Origin: a virus
Virus record (IMG/VR): IMGVR_UViG_3300025133_000029
Span: 64,001 to 128,000 of that record
DNA length: 64,000 nt
Direction: 5' to 3' (one strand)
The position numbers and the translations under genes were made by a program. The notes beneath the pieces were generated by a model. It was given only the letters and a program-made list of their open reading frames with translations. It made no database searches and was not told the origin of the DNA. Positions 8,977 through 18,272 of this stretch are shown here, one piece after another (within the stretch, counting starts at the first letter, position 1; each line of letters begins with the position of its first letter).

Positions 8977-10734
8977 TTGCGGATTTATTTAGAAGGTGGT
9001 GGATATATAAATTTAAATCAAAGTCACTATGTCGGAGGAGGTGGCGAGGGTGATGTTTATACAAAGAATGGAGTTGCGTATAAAATTTATCACAATCCTA
9101 TAAAAATGATTCCATTGGGAAAAGTGACAGAATTATCAGTTTTGCGTAATTCGTGTTTCATAAAGCCCGAATCAATTATTTTCGATAAAAAGAAAAACCC
9201 TTTGGGATATGCTATGCGCTTTGTACAGGGCGGGATACCCTTATGTTCTATTTTTCCTCCGTCTTATAGAAAAAGGCATTCTATCACTCACGATCAGATC
9301 TATGAGCTTATTGGAGAATTGAGTGTGGGGATTTCGCTTGCGCACAAAGAAGGGATTATTTTAGTTGATCTCAATGAAATGAATTTCCTGGTGTCGCCTG
9401 ATTTCTCGTCTGTTTGGTTTATTGACGCAGACAGCTATCAGACCCCTTCTTTTCCAGGCACTGCTATCATGGAGTCGATCCGCGATTGGAGCAGCAATGT
9501 TTTTACAGAGCTATCGGATTGGTTTAGTTTTGCGGTGATTTCTTTTCAGATGTTTACGGGCATTCATCCTTTTAGAGGTAAATATAAGGGACCTAAAGAG
9601 CAATATAGAAAGAAATTGCCCTCTGACACAGAAGGGGATGATTTTGCGATAACAAGGCGGCGCATGAAGGATAATATCTCTGTTTTCGATCCAGATGTGG
9701 GAGTTCCACGAGTGGCGTATCCCTTTGATGTTATACCTGATGATTTTCTTGATTGGTATAAGAAGATTTTTGTTAGAGGTGAGCGCCTTCTACCGCCAAC
9801 ATTAGTAGGGGATGTGATTTTTATTGCTCCTCAAATAACGAATCTGGAAAGCACCGACAGGCTTGTCGTCCAGCTGTGGCATTCTTTTGGAAAAGATATT
9901 TTAGATATCGTTCAGGATTCTTTGGGCAATAGATCCTTTATAAAGTTACCGGGTGAGGTTTTCGAAGAAAGACGATTTATTCATGCCCACACTTGCGGCC
10001 AAGTGGCATTGACTAGGAGTGGTTGTCCTATCGAAGTATTCCTATATAAGGATGATGGATTAAATAAAATTAGAATTTCTATTTTGAGCAATGATCTGAC
10101 GTTTACAGATGGGGATAGGATTAAATATTTGGATGTCGCGGCAGAATCTATTTCTGTCTATGAAGGAAATGCTTATGCAAAGTGCGGCAGTTCAATTATT
10201 CGCATCGACTGCGCTGCCGGGAAGATCCCAATCTTCCCACATGTTACTGACGTGCTCCCACATGCTTCTTATTTATTTAGTGGAGGAGTTCTGCAGAATC
10301 TTCTTGGTTCGGCTTACGTTTCTTTGTTTGTGAATATAAAGGAAACGCACCAAATAAGATTGGGAGAATTGGATGGCTATCAAATCATCGAAGCCAAATT
10401 TGATAGAAGAGTGCTTATTGTTAGGGCAAACAAGGACGGAAAGCTGAATCGCCTTGTCTTTAGATTCGCAGATGATTTCTCAGATTATGATGTTCGTTTG
10501 GTAAAAGATATTGCGAATGTGGGGATTAATTTTGTTGTTTTAGATTCAGGTGTTTGTGTTTTGATGGACGAAGAAGAGAACATCGAAGTTTTTCGTTCGA
10601 AACCGGGAAAGATACAGGTTATGAAAGTTGAAGATGATTCTTTGGGTGGGGATATGAGATTGATTCGATGGGGAGGGAAGTTGGGATTTACTAGGGGTAG
10701 CGGTCTCTATACTTTGTCTATGAAGTCAATTTGA
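8977..10734 (+). CDS. Ser/Thr protein kinase, YegI-like
   Basis: GGGGEGDVY Gly loop, AYKIY, VDLNEMNFLV catalytic loop, FIDADSY, SDWFSFAV..FQMFTGIHPFRG. Confidence 0.85.
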   Translation: MRIYLEGGGYINLNQSHYVGGGGEGDVYTKNGVAYKIYHNPIKMIPLGKVTELSVLRNSCFIKPESIIFDKKKNPLGYAMRFVQGGIPLCSIFPPSYRKRHSITHDQIYELIGELSVGISLAHKEGIILVDLNEMNFLVSPDFSSVWFIDADSYQTPSFPGTAIMESIRDWSSNVFTELSDWFSFAVISFQMFTGIHPFRGKYKGPKEQYRKKLPSDTEGDDFAITRRRMKDNISVFDPDVGVPRVAYPFDVIPDDFLDWYKKIFVRGERLLPPTLVGDVIFIAPQITNLESTDRLVVQLWHSFGKDILDIVQDSLGNRSFIKLPGEVFEERRFIHAHTCGQVALTRSGCPIEVFLYKDDGLNKIRISILSNDLTFTDGDRIKYLDVAAESISVYEGNAYAKCGSSIIRIDCAAGKIPIFPHVTDVLPHASYLFSGGVLQNLLGSAYVSLFVNIKETHQIRLGELDGYQIIEAKFDRRVLIVRANKDGKLNRLVFRFADDFSDYDVRLVKDIANVGINFVVLDSGVCVLMDEEENIEVFRSKPGKIQVMKVEDDSLGGDMRLIRWGGKLGFTRGSGLYTLSMKSI

Positions 10735-10757
10735 TCATGGTTGCGTATGTGTGATTT

Positions 10758-11747
10758 TTATTTGGCATCTAGCCGCAGGCGGATGAGGGTGGCGTCCGCG
10801 GGTGCCCCTGTGTTTTTAAAGTTACTAAAGCTAATCACGGCGTTAGTTTGTTCCACGCCGAGGAGGAGATCGCCACTTTTGTCATAGGTTATATGGCCGT
10901 GGAGATTCATGTCTTCGATATTGGGCCAGCCACCCGAGTAGGTGCCTGAGCGGAAGAAGATTCCTCGTTTGGTTTGTTCGATGCACATTACGTCGTCGGT
11001 AAGGTGTAAACCACTGCTGGTGAAGCCATTTGCCCCACCTGCGGACCCGTGGTAGATCCCCCATTGATCGTTGTTACCACCATCATGTCGGAAGATGCTA
11101 CCGGCCATGAGTTCGCCGCCGACGCCACCTTGCCGTTCCAACATCATCATAAAAGAGTCCCAGTTGTTGACCGGAACAAAGGAGAAGTGGGACCAGATCC
11201 GTAGCAGATTATTGGCGGCGTTATAACTGGGCCAGAGCGAAGAGATCAAGGCGTAGAGGTGGGGAGAACTGCGGTTCCCATAATCATAGGTCCCGGTGGC
11301 GGTATCCCATACAATTCCTGTTGAACCATCTATATCTAGAGCAGTGGCGTTGTTCAGATCTTCGGCTTGCCATGTTTTACCGTCGATGGTGACAGCCCCG
11401 GAGGCAGCTGGGCTCAGAAGATCCTTAATGTCTAAAGCGGGAAGCGCAGAGAAGTCCACACTGTATTTTGTATTCCATCCAGGAGGAATTGGCGTTGGTG
11501 GCGTTACTAACCATCTGCCGGGATCCATCGCCGCTATTGCCCCTGGTCGGATTACGGTTAGACCGTCGTCTGTAGCGGTGGAACTGTCTTCGTAGTGAAA
11601 CAATTGGTTTAAAGACTCAACATAAATCAATTGTTTATCTTTTTGTCCCGTCACTAAACGAAGTGCAGCAGCGTCGACTGCGCCATCGTGAAGGTCGTCG
11701 CTACCGCCGCTCCCTTGTAGTGTTCCATCTATGTAGATAGGCGACAT
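10758..11747 (-). CDS. Probable virion/tail-fibre-associated protein
   Basis: N-terminal ATDDGLTVIRPG...GRW motif typical of tailspike/fibre anchoring domains; beta-rich C-terminus; start at ATG 11747. Confidence 0.5.
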   Translation of the reverse strand: MSPIYIDGTLQGSGGSDDLHDGAVDAAALRLVTGQKDKQLIYVESLNQLFHYEDSSTATDDGLTVIRPGAIAAMDPGRWLVTPPTPIPPGWNTKYSVDFSALPALDIKDLLSPAASGAVTIDGKTWQAEDLNNATALDIDGSTGIVWDTATGTYDYGNRSSPHLYALISSLWPSYNAANNLLRIWSHFSFVPVNNWDSFMMMLERQGGVGGELMAGSIFRHDGGNNDQWGIYHGSAGGANGFTSSGLHLTDDVMCIEQTKRGIFFRSGTYSGGWPNIEDMNLHGHITYDKSGDLLLGVEQTNAVISFSNFKNTGAPADATLIRLRLDAK

Positions 11748-12215
11748 GTTCGACTCTCTTTTTGCTATGACGTCGTAGGTAATGTTCTCACATGATTGCT
11801 TTGGACAATATGGGAGCGCACCACCTACCACGCAGTGCTGAAAAAACTAAAACTACTCGTCAATGAGACTATCACAAAACCTATTGCAGCACAACGATTG
11901 ACCAGATTACTGTGATTGCCTATTCTACGGCCCTCTACTAGGAAAGTGACTGGGAGTTGGTTGTTTTTGTGATAGTATTTTTTCTAGTGGCAGATATTGT
12001 TTTTCTGAACTTGCTTTTATATCCTCTTTAAAAAAAGATAGAAGAGCAGGCACCAAGGGGAGAGTGCTTAGTTAGTAATATCTTGTCGTGATTATATTGC
12101 TCTCTAATTTTTTCCACATGGTTTCGGTTTGGCTTTTTCATTATAGAAGGTGGTTACCCTAAAGGTATTGCCAAGAAATATAGAGAAGTGAAAACGGTAT
12201 TGTCTTGATGTCTGT

Positions 12216-12250
12216 AGCCCTTTCGACTTTGGTTAAGAGGGCTTTTCTTT
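12216..12250 (+). terminator. Rho-independent terminator-like hairpin
   Basis: AGCCCTTT...AAGAGGGCT followed by TTTCTTTT. Confidence 0.5.
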
Positions 12251-12274
12251 TGTTGTTTATGAGTTGTGTTTATT

Positions 12275-12291
12275 TCTTTAGACTCTAAAGA
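12275..12291. repeat. Dispersed palindrome TCTTTAGA-C-TCTAAAGA
   Basis: Exact core, upstream of DHH gene. Confidence 0.95.
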
Positions 12292-12422
12292 TTTTTAAAA
12301 TGTCTTTTTGACATCTTTTCTTTTTCTTCGCGAAAATCGATGAGTGTCTCACCTTGGCCCTGTGTTTATCTTTTATAGTGTATAAGATTCTTATGGAGTC
12401 ATCATAAAATACGAGGTTTTTG

Positions 12423-13532
12423 ATGAGTAATAAAGAAGATGTGATGCTTCGGTATCAAAAGATGGTAGAGGTCTTACGAAAAAATCCTGGCAAATATGTG
12501 TTTTTGATTGCGCAAGTGGATCCAGATGCTTTGGGATCCACCGTGGCTTTGAAGGAGTTATTAGAATATGTCACTTCTGAGTTCGAAGATGTCGGTGATG
12601 CGAAATGGTCGTTTTCATGTTGTTATGCAGGAGGAATAGGGCATCCGCAGAATCGATGTATTTTTACAAAATATAATCTTGGTACAAGTATTCGTCTATT
12701 AGAGGAATCTTTACCTCTCATTATTTCTTCCCATGCCAATGAGGTGAAATATATTTTGGTTGATTCTTCGGATATGTTGGATCAACGACTCCCCGAATTT
12801 CTCCGTGAGGAACGTCCACTCATTATTGTGGATCATCATCGTGGCTCCACTCTCGAGGATGGGGATGACGTTATGTATTGGATTGAGGACTTGGGTTCTG
12901 CCAGTACAATGGTTTTTGAATTAATGCATGAAGGGGCAAACTTTTTTGATGACATCTTACGGAATCGACCAGAAAGACGTGAGCAGCTTGCGGATCTTTT
13001 GGCTTTAGGGATTTATATAGATACGCATGATATGCGAACTGGATCCAGGCGTGATCTGGCGGCATTCAATTTACTGGGGGAGTGGAGAAGTAATATTCAT
13101 GTGGCAACGGATTATCCCCTGCCTCCTAGTTATTTTGCCAACTTGCGGACAGCGTTGGAGACGATGCGACGTGAGGATCATATACTGGTGGCTAATTTGG
13201 GAGTTATTGAATCGCGATGCGCGGACGACATCGCGGTTATCTCGGATGAGCTTATTCGGATGGAGGGGGTATCGCTGGTACTAACGTGGGCTGTTGTGGA
13301 TGGGAAGGTTAGAATAAGCGCTCGTGGGACGAATCTAAGTAACCCATTGGACGAGTGGCTAGCCAGTCGCTTTGGGGAGCGCAGTGGGGCTAAAATCACC
13401 CCTACAGGTAAAGGTGAAGGGGGTGCGTTGCTAGATGTGGGGATGGATTTTTGGGTAACGGCAGATACAACAAACGAGCTAGTGTCGTTGGTGGGCAAGC
13501 GAATATGTTCGTTAGCCTTCGGAAGTGATTGA
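12423..13532 (+). CDS. DHH/DHHA1 family phosphoesterase (NrnA-like)
   Basis: VDPDALGS, LVDSS, IVDHHR, GIYIDT, ISAR...GEGGA. Confidence 0.85.
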   Translation: MSNKEDVMLRYQKMVEVLRKNPGKYVFLIAQVDPDALGSTVALKELLEYVTSEFEDVGDAKWSFSCCYAGGIGHPQNRCIFTKYNLGTSIRLLEESLPLIISSHANEVKYILVDSSDMLDQRLPEFLREERPLIIVDHHRGSTLEDGDDVMYWIEDLGSASTMVFELMHEGANFFDDILRNRPERREQLADLLALGIYIDTHDMRTGSRRDLAAFNLLGEWRSNIHVATDYPLPPSYFANLRTALETMRREDHILVANLGVIESRCADDIAVISDELIRMEGVSLVLTWAVVDGKVRISARGTNLSNPLDEWLASRFGERSGAKITPTGKGEGGALLDVGMDFWVTADTTNELVSLVGKRICSLAFGSD

Positions 13533-13536
13533 GATT

Positions 13537-14034
13537 TCAGGAGGGGGGACTGAGCTTCATAAGGATGCTACGACCCTGACGGAGAGGGTTTTGGTCCACG
13601 GAGCAGGAGAGGGAACTCTTGAAGCGCTCGAGCAGTCTCATCCCAATCTCAGGGTGGCTGGCTTCTCTTCCGCGGAATTGAAGGACCACCTTTACTTGGT
13701 GTCCTTGATTGAGAAACTCTTGTGCGCGTCGTATTTTTGTCTCGAAGTCGTGATCCCCAATCTTGGGTCTCATCTTTATTTCTTTGACAGTTGTTCTTTT
13801 TTGCCGATTTTCTTTTCTTCGCTTCTTTTGTTCATATTGCAGCTTTCCATAGTCGACAATTCGGCAAACCGGAGGATCTGCATCGGGAGACACCTCGACT
13901 AAATCCAGATCCGAAGCTTCGGCAGTTCGGAGCGCTTGTGCCAAAGGAAAGGTTCCTAGTTGAGCGCCTTCCTGATCGATAAGCCTGACCACTCGTGATG
14001 TTATTTGGTCGTTGATTCGTAATTGTTTTTTAAT
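13537..14034 (-). CDS. infC: Translation initiation factor IF-3 with ATT start codon (165 aa)
   Basis: RINDQI..RVVRLID, DLDLVEVSP.ADPPVCRIVDYGK, KEIKMRPKIGDHD, FRGRE. GAGGAG (14048-14043) lies 8 nt before an in-frame ATT at 14034. Confidence 0.95.
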   Translation of the reverse strand: MKKQLRINDQITSRVVRLIDQEGAQLGTFPLAQALRTAEASDLDLVEVSPDADPPVCRIVDYGKLQYEQKKRRKENRQKRTTVKEIKMRPKIGDHDFETKIRRAQEFLNQGHQVKVVLQFRGREASHPEIGMRLLERFKSSLSCSVDQNPLRQGRSILMKLSPPS

Positions 14035-14151
14035 TGTTCTATCTCCTCTGTGTGTTTGTTTCTATCGAATAGACTCTTTTGGTGATTCGATAGTTCGTTC
14101 TATAATAATGAAGTACTTCCCAAGATAGCGAAATGAATAAGGGGTTTGGAA

Positions 14152-14397
14152 ATGTCCACTTTGATGTCTTCCTCGATTCGCCAGAGTTTTATCGATGCTC
14201 TCTCTAAAACAATAAAAGAAAAAGATGTGCTAGATGCAGTGCTAGAGGCTTTCGATTCTTGTGTAAATGGGGATTCGATACAGGCGCTCGTAAAAGAATC
14301 GTGCTCTTGTTCATATGAGTATGAGCAGCAGGTAGAAGAGATTATGATACTTCGAGCCGAGAATAGAGAACTTCGGCGTCACGCAAAAATACCATAA
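14152..14397 (+). CDS. Hypothetical protein
   Basis: Short ORF with AAGGGG RBS. Confidence 0.5.
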   Translation: MSTLMSSSIRQSFIDALSKTIKEKDVLDAVLEAFDSCVNGDSIQALVKESCSCSYEYEQQVEEIMILRAENRELRRHAKIP

Positions 14398-14462
14398 TTG
14401 CTTGATAGATAATTTGCCACAAGTGTCCTGTATCAGAGAGAATTAGTTATTCGCTTTTGCGA

Positions 14463-14479
14463 TCTTTAGAATCTAAAGA
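14463..14479. repeat. Dispersed palindrome TCTTTAGA-A-TCTAAAGA
   Basis: Exact core with GA/TC flanks. Confidence 0.95.
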
Positions 14480-14622
14480 TCCTGTATTTTTATTCGAGAA
14501 ATATTATGTGGTTTTTTGCAGTTTCCGGCGAGATCAATATGTGGGCAGTCGCGGGAATTCTTTCGTTTTTTATTGCTATTATCGTGCATCTTATTGAGGA
14601 TGATGACTTGGGGAGTTAGGGC

Positions 14623-15267
14623 ATGCGAAAAGTAGAATCGGGTTCCAGGTTTCCTGGTGGATTTAAACCAGACTTATATGATCGGACTTTTGGGGAAAAG
14701 GATCTGGTTTGGTACCAAGCAAATAAAAACAGATTTGCGGTTTGGACTATTTGTGTATTGGTGGGGTTGGCTATATTTGCTTTTGGGAAGTATTCGACAG
14801 TGGTTCAGGTGAAAGCAGCTTCTGTTATGTTTGGATATCCAGGACTCAGTCCGATCTACACTCGCTTCTATATCATCTTGTCTGCTTTTGTTGTTTGTGT
14901 GATCTCTTCTATCTTTTGGATAAGGTCGGGCTGGGTCTTTATAGGACTTTGGTTTGATCGCTTCTCTCACAAGTTTCTATACGATGATGGGATGAAGAGA
15001 GTGGGAGAGTTCCTCTCCACACATCCTCATCTTGGATTGGTTGAGTTGTGGAGAAAGGGTGAGAAAGGACTCTTGTTTGTTTATGATCACAATATGTTTA
15101 GCGGAAGCCACGAGGAAACAATCGGCCTGCTGAACGATCTGTATAAACCCTTCTTCTTAGATTGTTTTTATTGGGCAGAAGATCTTGAGTTCGTTGACTA
15201 CGAGGAGAAGAGGGTAGGGAACGAGTTGATCTGGGTAAACCGAGGGTGGTCGGGCTTCGAGAGCTAA
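14623..15267 (+). CDS. Hypothetical membrane protein
   Basis: Two hydrophobic segments; GGGGAG RBS. Confidence 0.6.
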   Translation: MRKVESGSRFPGGFKPDLYDRTFGEKDLVWYQANKNRFAVWTICVLVGLAIFAFGKYSTVVQVKAASVMFGYPGLSPIYTRFYIILSAFVVCVISSIFWIRSGWVFIGLWFDRFSHKFLYDDGMKRVGEFLSTHPHLGLVELWRKGEKGLLFVYDHNMFSGSHEETIGLLNDLYKPFFLDCFYWAEDLEFVDYEEKRVGNELIWVNRGWSGFES

Positions 15268-15381
15268 ACGGATTATTCCTCTTTTCTGATATTTGGTAAA
15301 TGCTCTCTTTATTACACTGATGTTAGTTGGCGAGACTTGCAGGTTCTCGCTTTTTTATTATGCATCAGGAGTGATAGGAAC

Positions 15382-16263
15382 ATGACCTTGAGAAGTAACA
15401 TAACGTTAAACAAGAGAGTCCTTCCCAGTGGAAACCCGATTTACATGCGTCCTCTAATGATACACAACGAGGCTGAGATTGGATGCATCCATGATGCAAC
15501 TGCCTTTCGGTATCTGGCAGATGGAGGGGTGTCGGGGGGTAGGATCTGGGCAGGCGATCTCCCTGATCCAAGTACGGAGAGTAAAGAGACTCGACATCTG
15601 GAGGTAGTTGATTCTAGGAAGGTGTCTTTTGGCAGCCTTCCTTGTTTCTCTGTGACTAAGGGTGGTCGTGTCTGGGATGGGGTTGTTGATTCAGAGACGA
15701 GTGTTTCTGTCTTCTTCTTGCCTTTAAAAGTGTATCGGATCGTGTTGGACTGTTTTTTTGATTACAGAAAGAAACATCAATATCTGCAGAAGTTTTTCGG
15801 CGCAATCGATGGATTTGCACCACCACTGACCTTTCCAGGAGAAGGCTTTGGCAACGGAGGAGGAGACTTTGGATCGGAATGTCTGTCTTACCTTATGGAG
15901 GAGATGGAGGAGCGTGAGGAAAGAAACGCTCGACTCGGAGTTCACGCGGGTGGGTATTCCGCTTTTGAATATTTCCTGGATGTATTCTTTGGAGGCAAGA
16001 AGAAAACGGCTGCTCGGGAAACCCTCCTAGAAAAGCTTCGAATCATTATCGAGAACCCAATCCCCATTCTCAGGATCGAGAAGTCTGGTCAGAGGGCGTC
16101 TACGGCGTATAATGTGAGTGCAGTCATTTCGCCTGAAGACTATGTGGGTGCATGGGCAGAAGATCTCACAGATATGTACAAGGCTATTCCTTTTGTTGGG
16201 GAAGGCATTCCAAGAGAAGCGCTTGAAGAGTGTTTTATCGAGAGCTATCCCAGAGAGCTTTAA
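15382..16263 (+). CDS. Hypothetical protein (weak resemblance to gp32-like ssDNA-binding proteins)
   Basis: Long ORF; ILRIEKSGQRASTAYNV is reminiscent of the gp32-like C-terminal OB strands, a weak similarity. Confidence 0.5.
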   Translation: MTLRSNITLNKRVLPSGNPIYMRPLMIHNEAEIGCIHDATAFRYLADGGVSGGRIWAGDLPDPSTESKETRHLEVVDSRKVSFGSLPCFSVTKGGRVWDGVVDSETSVSVFFLPLKVYRIVLDCFFDYRKKHQYLQKFFGAIDGFAPPLTFPGEGFGNGGGDFGSECLSYLMEEMEEREERNARLGVHAGGYSAFEYFLDVFFGGKKKTAARETLLEKLRIIIENPIPILRIEKSGQRASTAYNVSAVISPEDYVGAWAEDLTDMYKAIPFVGEGIPREALEECFIESYPREL

Positions 16264-16296
16264 TTCTGGTTACATAAAGGAAGGTAAAGAGAGAAG

Positions 16297-17004
16297 ATGA
16301 CCGATAGAGCAAAAAAGACTTTCCATGAGAATCTCCGCAAATTAGAAGAGTGCTACTCCGAAAAGGAACTCCCCGCAAGTTGGAAAGACGGCCTACTTTG
16401 GAAGCTGGAGAAGACCAACCTGGATATTTCGGCGATGAAATCTCGGATACGTTATTATTTTTTCTTGGGTATTTTTCTGACTGCCTCGTTCTATCTTTGC
16501 CGCGAGGTGGGTTTATTTCAACACGACCTTTTTAACTTTACATCTTTACTATTCCTAATTATATCCGGATTATTTGCGGTTATAGAGGTTATCTATAGCT
16601 CAAATGTTTTCTTAAAGAGAAACAATCGTATCTTGATTCTATCGAAAGGTAGGGATCTGTTCCTGGAGTGGGTGGATGTTTTTCTTCCCACAGATTGCTA
16701 TCTGATCTATCGAAAAAACGACGCTCTTGTCTTCTTGTTAAACCCTGAGAAGATGGTGTATCAAAGCGGGGGCGAAGAGGTGAGGGCAAATCAGATATGT
16801 CGATTCAGGGGTGTTTTAGAGGACTTTTTTCTGTTGGATCCGCAAAGCTCATTCAACAGATATAGTGATCTCCGCCTTTGCTTTCCCTGGTTGGAGCGTT
16901 GTGAGATTGCTTTGGTTTCATCTCTAGATATTAGATCGGTAAGGATAAGGTCTGAAGGTTTGGGGAAAGAGGTTTTGTGGGATGCGGCGGTAAAAAAAGC
17001 CTGA
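16297..17004 (+). CDS. Hypothetical membrane protein
   Basis: Two TM-like segments. Confidence 0.6.
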   Translation: MTDRAKKTFHENLRKLEECYSEKELPASWKDGLLWKLEKTNLDISAMKSRIRYYFFLGIFLTASFYLCREVGLFQHDLFNFTSLLFLIISGLFAVIEVIYSSNVFLKRNNRILILSKGRDLFLEWVDVFLPTDCYLIYRKNDALVFLLNPEKMVYQSGGEEVRANQICRFRGVLEDFFLLDPQSSFNRYSDLRLCFPWLERCEIALVSSLDIRSVRIRSEGLGKEVLWDAAVKKA

Positions 17005-17008
17005 GCAA

Positions 17009-17025
17009 TCTTTAGAGTCTAAAGA
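17009..17025. repeat. Dispersed palindrome TCTTTAGA-G-TCTAAAGA
   Basis: Exact core, intergenic. Confidence 0.95.
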
Positions 17026-17056
17026 TTTAGTATGAAAAAAAACGAAAGATAGGTGA

Positions 17057-18007
17057 ATGTGTAAGATGGAAAACAACGGAAAGCCTTGGAGAGTAGGATT
17101 ATTGGATACGTTCAGAAGCAATAAAGAAGCTCGGCTATGGGCTTCGATTATGAACAAAATTAGACAATGCTTTGGGTGTTATGGATTTTATCCGTCCAGT
17201 TTTATTTGTTCTTCTGTTTTCTTGGAGGAAGTTTCTAAAATACTTGGTTTCTTGCCGAGTGGTATTGAGTTCGAATACCAAGAACACCATGGCCTGTCTC
17301 TGCTCATTGTGATTGATAATGGGGTGCCGTATGGTTCATTTGATGTTGTGGATGAGTCATATTTGGAGGGGATGCGGATCGCCCCTCTTTTGTTTAAGTC
17401 TCGTCAGCTAGCCAACAACACAATAAATGAACGATTTGATACAAGAGTAGCTTTGGGGGAGTGTTGGGAGGAACTTCATAGTTCGATGCGTCGTCGCTAT
17501 TTTTTCTGGGCGCGTGAATTATGGATTCTTCTGCAAAGAACAGAGGGAGGGGTTTCTTCTTACATGGGGGAAGAGACCGATAGTGATGAGGATAGCAATA
17601 TGGAACCGGGTGGCCGAGATTTTGTCTTCGAGCGTCGTAGAACGTTACCGACTGGAATCATTTGTAAGAAGATTGTTGAATACATTGCGCAGGAGCATTG
17701 GAAGGATTTGCTCGTGGAGTTGGACCTTTCTAAAATGAAGGGTCCATTTTCTGCAGATGAGTTCAAACAGGTCACAAAAAGATCACAGTGGAAGTCAGGC
17801 ACAGAGATTTTTATATTTTCCGATAAAGCTAAACAACGGGAGTGGGATATCCTTGGGTCGGTAAACACAACGATGGATTTCATGGTGAATGTAATAGAGG
17901 CTCAAGATTCACTGACTGTTGTTGTGGGCAGTATTTTTGGTGGAATTGCTCCCCAATTGTTAAGTTGGTTAAAGGATTTGGATGGAATTAAATACGTGGA
18001 GAGATGA
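17057..18007 (+). CDS. Hypothetical protein
   Basis: 316-aa ORF in a co-directional run. Confidence 0.6.
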   Translation: MCKMENNGKPWRVGLLDTFRSNKEARLWASIMNKIRQCFGCYGFYPSSFICSSVFLEEVSKILGFLPSGIEFEYQEHHGLSLLIVIDNGVPYGSFDVVDESYLEGMRIAPLLFKSRQLANNTINERFDTRVALGECWEELHSSMRRRYFFWARELWILLQRTEGGVSSYMGEETDSDEDSNMEPGGRDFVFERRRTLPTGIICKKIVEYIAQEHWKDLLVELDLSKMKGPFSADEFKQVTKRSQWKSGTEIFIFSDKAKQREWDILGSVNTTMDFMVNVIEAQDSLTVVVGSIFGGIAPQLLSWLKDLDGIKYVER

Positions 18008-18035
18008 TCTTCAACTTTTCTTGAGGTAATAATAG

Positions 18036-18272
18036 ATGAGTCGTTCATATAATTTTGGAACATGCACGATCAATATTCCAGACGGTATGAGAGTTCGGTG
18101 CCTTCAGCATCGGTGGGAATCGAGGGGTAGTTCTGTTGTAGTGGACAGAAACCCAGGAGGCACAGATTCAACAGGAGATCAACACTACAACTTGGAGCGT
18201 TGTTCTTTTTGCGGAGCCGAGCGAAGAAGTGGTGTCTTTTTCATGTCTGGTGCTTCGACCTCAACAGACTAA
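18036..18272 (+). CDS. Small putative Zn-binding protein
   Basis: C..H and CSFCG motifs; GAGG RBS. Confidence 0.45.
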   Translation: MSRSYNFGTCTINIPDGMRVRCLQHRWESRGSSVVVDRNPGGTDSTGDQHYNLERCSFCGAERRSGVFFMSGASTSTD

